A DNA stretch of 64,000 bases from a virus (Duplodnaviria; Heunggongvirae; Uroviricota; Caudoviricetes). Made by a program: the position numbers and the translations under genes. The notes below the pieces were generated by a model. It worked only from the letters and a program-made list of their open reading frames with translations, was not told the origin of the DNA and did no database searches. The stretch covers positions 112,443 to 176,442 of the IMG/VR virus record IMGVR_UViG_3300039208_000529; one strand, given 5' to 3'. Shown here one piece after another: positions 61,980 to 64,000 of the stretch (positions are counted from its first letter, which is position 1; each line of letters begins with the position of its first letter).

Positions 61980-62479
61980 TGAAGCGATTCTGGGACAAGG
62001 TTTGTAAATCCTCGGATCCGAATGGTTGTTGGATTTGGACTGGTAGTAAAACGAGAGATGGTTATGGTCAGTTTAAACTTGACGGTAAGGTATTAAGAGC
62101 ACATCAAGTTAGCTGGAAACTGCATAACTTAAAATATGCTACATATTTATGTCATACATGCCATAATACTTCATGCGTGAATCCCGCACACTTATATGAA
62201 GGAAACCACGAAAGCAATATGCGAGATAAAGCTAATCGTGGTCTTAGATGGAGTAAATACGACGAACATTTAGTTAGACGTATTAGAAGAATGTATTTTG
62301 TTGGATTTTCCAGTAACGATATTTCTGAAAAGTTTCAGATAAATAAACGTACCGTATTATACATACTTAATGGAGATATGTGTAAAGACATGGGGGGGCC
62401 AATTAGGGATAAGAACTTTCGCTATTATGGCAATCGGTTTAAAAGGGGAATAAGAAAAAGTTCTAAAAGTGTGAGTTAA
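61976..62479 (+). CDS. HNH homing endonuclease (HNH_3/AP2-like)
   Basis: CWIWTGS...DGYGQF...AHQVSW...HTCHNTSCVNPAHL motif block. Confidence 0.8.
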   Translation: MMKRFWDKVCKSSDPNGCWIWTGSKTRDGYGQFKLDGKVLRAHQVSWKLHNLKYATYLCHTCHNTSCVNPAHLYEGNHESNMRDKANRGLRWSKYDEHLVRRIRRMYFVGFSSNDISEKFQINKRTVLYILNGDMCKDMGGPIRDKNFRYYGNRFKRGIRKSSKSVS

Positions 62480-63197
62480 TTCCTTACTATATGTAAAAAA
62501 CTTAGAAGTCTCTGGTTTTTCCTTACTTATAATTTGCCCCCAAAGGGGCGGGCCACGCCGCTCGCGGCGGCTACTCGAAGCCGGGCAGGCCCCCTGCCAA
62601 AATGGCAGTCCCGACTGCGGGAAAAATGTTCGCACCATTTACAGAACCCGCATGGGCGACGCCTTGATCGAACATATGTATAATACACCGTATGGCGGTG
62701 TAGTCAAGTTGTTTTCAAAGAAAATGGGCAGGGGAGTTTAGCCCTTGGGGCTTTGCCCCCCTGCCACTATGACGCAATAATTTCAAAAAATATCGCTATC
62801 GGTTAGATTCCCGGGACGGCTAGCTCCGATCACCACCTAACAAATAGCCACTATATAATAGGCACGTTCCCCCGATTCATTTCGGGGCGGGGGTTTCCGC
62901 CGACTGGCGTGTCTAAATATGAAACAGCCAGATTCTCACTTGTAAAATATCTAAAATCTGTGAAATTCGCCGGTGGACTTATGATCTACTGCCTTTCCGG
63001 CTCACATTCATAATAACCCATCCGGCAAAGTTGGCAAATGGATTTCTGGCTTTCTCTTCCCCACCTTATATACAGGGAACAGCCGAAAGGTTTTTTGGAT
63101 TTTCGTTTGCCACCTTGCGGAAAATGATTATACTGCTAGTGAACCTATTTCAAGCCCCCTTGAGGGGTAGTAACCAAAAAACAGAGGTATAAATAAA

Positions 63198-63401
63198 ATG
63201 ACTGAAAAATCTCGCGGCCGGGGTCGTCCGGCGTCTTTCCCGGGTCAGAAAACCGTCAAGCTTCTGACGAATCTTCCGGCCAGTACCCGTGAGGCTCTTT
63301 CGGCTCTCGCGGAAAAGCGGGGCCAAAACCTGAATCAGGTCCTGGATTCCGCTATTCGTCAGCTAGCGACGAAATCCAAAATTTCGGTCTCCGATAGTTG
63401 A
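63198..63401 (+). CDS. AT-hook plus ribbon-helix-helix DNA-binding protein
   Basis: RGRGRPA AT-hook, then KTVKLLTNLPASTREALSALAEKRGQNLNQVLDSAIRQ in an RHH pattern. Inside the GC-rich island. Confidence 0.5.
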   Translation: MTEKSRGRGRPASFPGQKTVKLLTNLPASTREALSALAEKRGQNLNQVLDSAIRQLATKSKISVSDS

Positions 63402-63478
63402 CAAACCCCTAGCGGGGGTTAGAATGTAGGTAATCGCGGGCGGCAATAGGGCCGCCCGCAAAACCAGACTACAAATAT

Positions 63479-64000
63479 ATGACTTCAACTATTCTTAGGC
63501 ATCGGGACAAAAAGAATTTCTTTGGGCTCGATTCGAACGAGGAAGGCATTTCGGACCTTCGGCAATTCATTGAGTCCCGAAAAATGGACTACAATGTTAT
63601 TCCCGTTGCCTCTTCCTTTTCTTGGAAGGGCGAGACGAAATCGGCGGATGGCCAATTTCATCTCGTGCGGGAATCGGACGGCGTGAATGTTGAGCCTCAC
63701 ACCGTTTCTAAGGACTACAGCGTAATCACCCCCCTTGACATGATTGAGGAATTGATTCCTTTTGTGGATCAAGGGTGGGCTATGCCGGAAGCGGCTTTCC
63801 AGCTTCGCGGGGGGCAAACCGAAATTATTTCGCTACTATTGGATCCGGGAGAACTGCCGGCGGAAATCGCCGGTAACGAGGATATCCGGTGGTACATCGT
63901 TGCAAAAAATAAGCACGGTCGCGGGGCGGCGGAATGTTCCGTTTATGGCGAGCGGATTATTTGCGGCAACGGTATGACGGCACTCGCTCGACTGTCGACT
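63479..64000 (+). CDS. hypothetical protein, partial (runs off the 3' end of the window; not in the ORF track)
   Basis: ATG at 63479 followed by 174 sense codons with no stop. The composition is more protein-like than the antisense ORF 63485..63817. Confidence 0.4.
   Translation, partial: MTSTILRHRDKKNFFGLDSNEEGISDLRQFIESRKMDYNVIPVASSFSWKGETKSADGQFHLVRESDGVNVEPHTVSKDYSVITPLDMIEELIPFVDQGWAMPEAAFQLRGGQTEIISLLLDPGELPAEIAGNEDIRWYIVAKNKHGRGAAECSVYGERIICGNGMTALARLST

Noticed and set aside
63485-63977. ORFs 63485..63817 (-) and 63762..63977 (+)
   Set aside because: They conflict with a longer open frame (63479 to beyond 64000, +) that has no stop through the window end. The minus ORF has an Arg-rich, antisense-like composition typical of GC-rich DNA.

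Overview
This 64-kb window looks like part of an AT-rich, very densely coded tailed dsDNA phage genome; the phage type and host cannot be named from sequence alone. There is no CRISPR array, rRNA or integrase.

Layout:
- 1-11.45 kb, + strand: nucleotide-metabolism genes (a DAO-family FAD oxidoreductase fragment, class II RNR, ThyX), then a tail-fibre module built from mosaic paralogues, a membrane-anchored coiled-coil protein and a 778-aa protein.
- 11.45-51.46 kb, - strand: about 90 genes in translationally coupled operons. The DNA-metabolism genes are PhoH, a family-4 UDG, SSB, a DnaQ-like exonuclease, dNMP kinase and a dCMP-deaminase-like gene. The RNA-, translation- and defence-related genes are listed next.
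- Tightly adjacent PDF and MAP genes.
- Two RNA ligases on this strand and a third on the + strand, a Pnk-like kinase, a CCA-adding enzyme, a TrmL-like SPOUT methyltransferase and a PTH2-like hydrolase.
- A macro domain, a Nudix hydrolase, NadV+NMNAT (NAD salvage), a ppGpp-hydrolase HD protein, a sigma factor, an SPFH protein, a CobS/CobT-like AAA/VWA pair, a CheY-like receiver and a lambda-type phosphatase.
- Six tRNAs: Arg-UCU, Leu-CAA, Pro-UGG, Tyr-GUA, Ile-UAU and a tRNA-Trp-like gene carrying a CUA anticodon, which I read as a candidate amber suppressor.
- 51.46-53.03 kb: a divergent promoter region and about 1.5 kb with no ORF. It holds consensus sigma70 promoters, a candidate sRNA, an odd tRNA-like gene with an 8-nt anticodon loop, and an approximately 950-nt highly structured RNA candidate.
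- 53-62.5 kb, + strand: an early-type region of small ORFs with tRNA-Met, Ala, Gly and Asn, a second tRNA-like element, two HNH endonucleases, a minimal RNA ligase and two paralogous secreted Cys-rich proteins.
- 62.5-64 kb: an abrupt GC-rich island with dense hairpins, an AT-hook/RHH regulator gene and a partial ORF that runs off the window.

The findings I rate highest are the CUA-anticodon tRNA sitting next to an in-frame TAG that separates a 60-aa ORF from a PTH2-like domain, and the large non-coding structured RNA locus.
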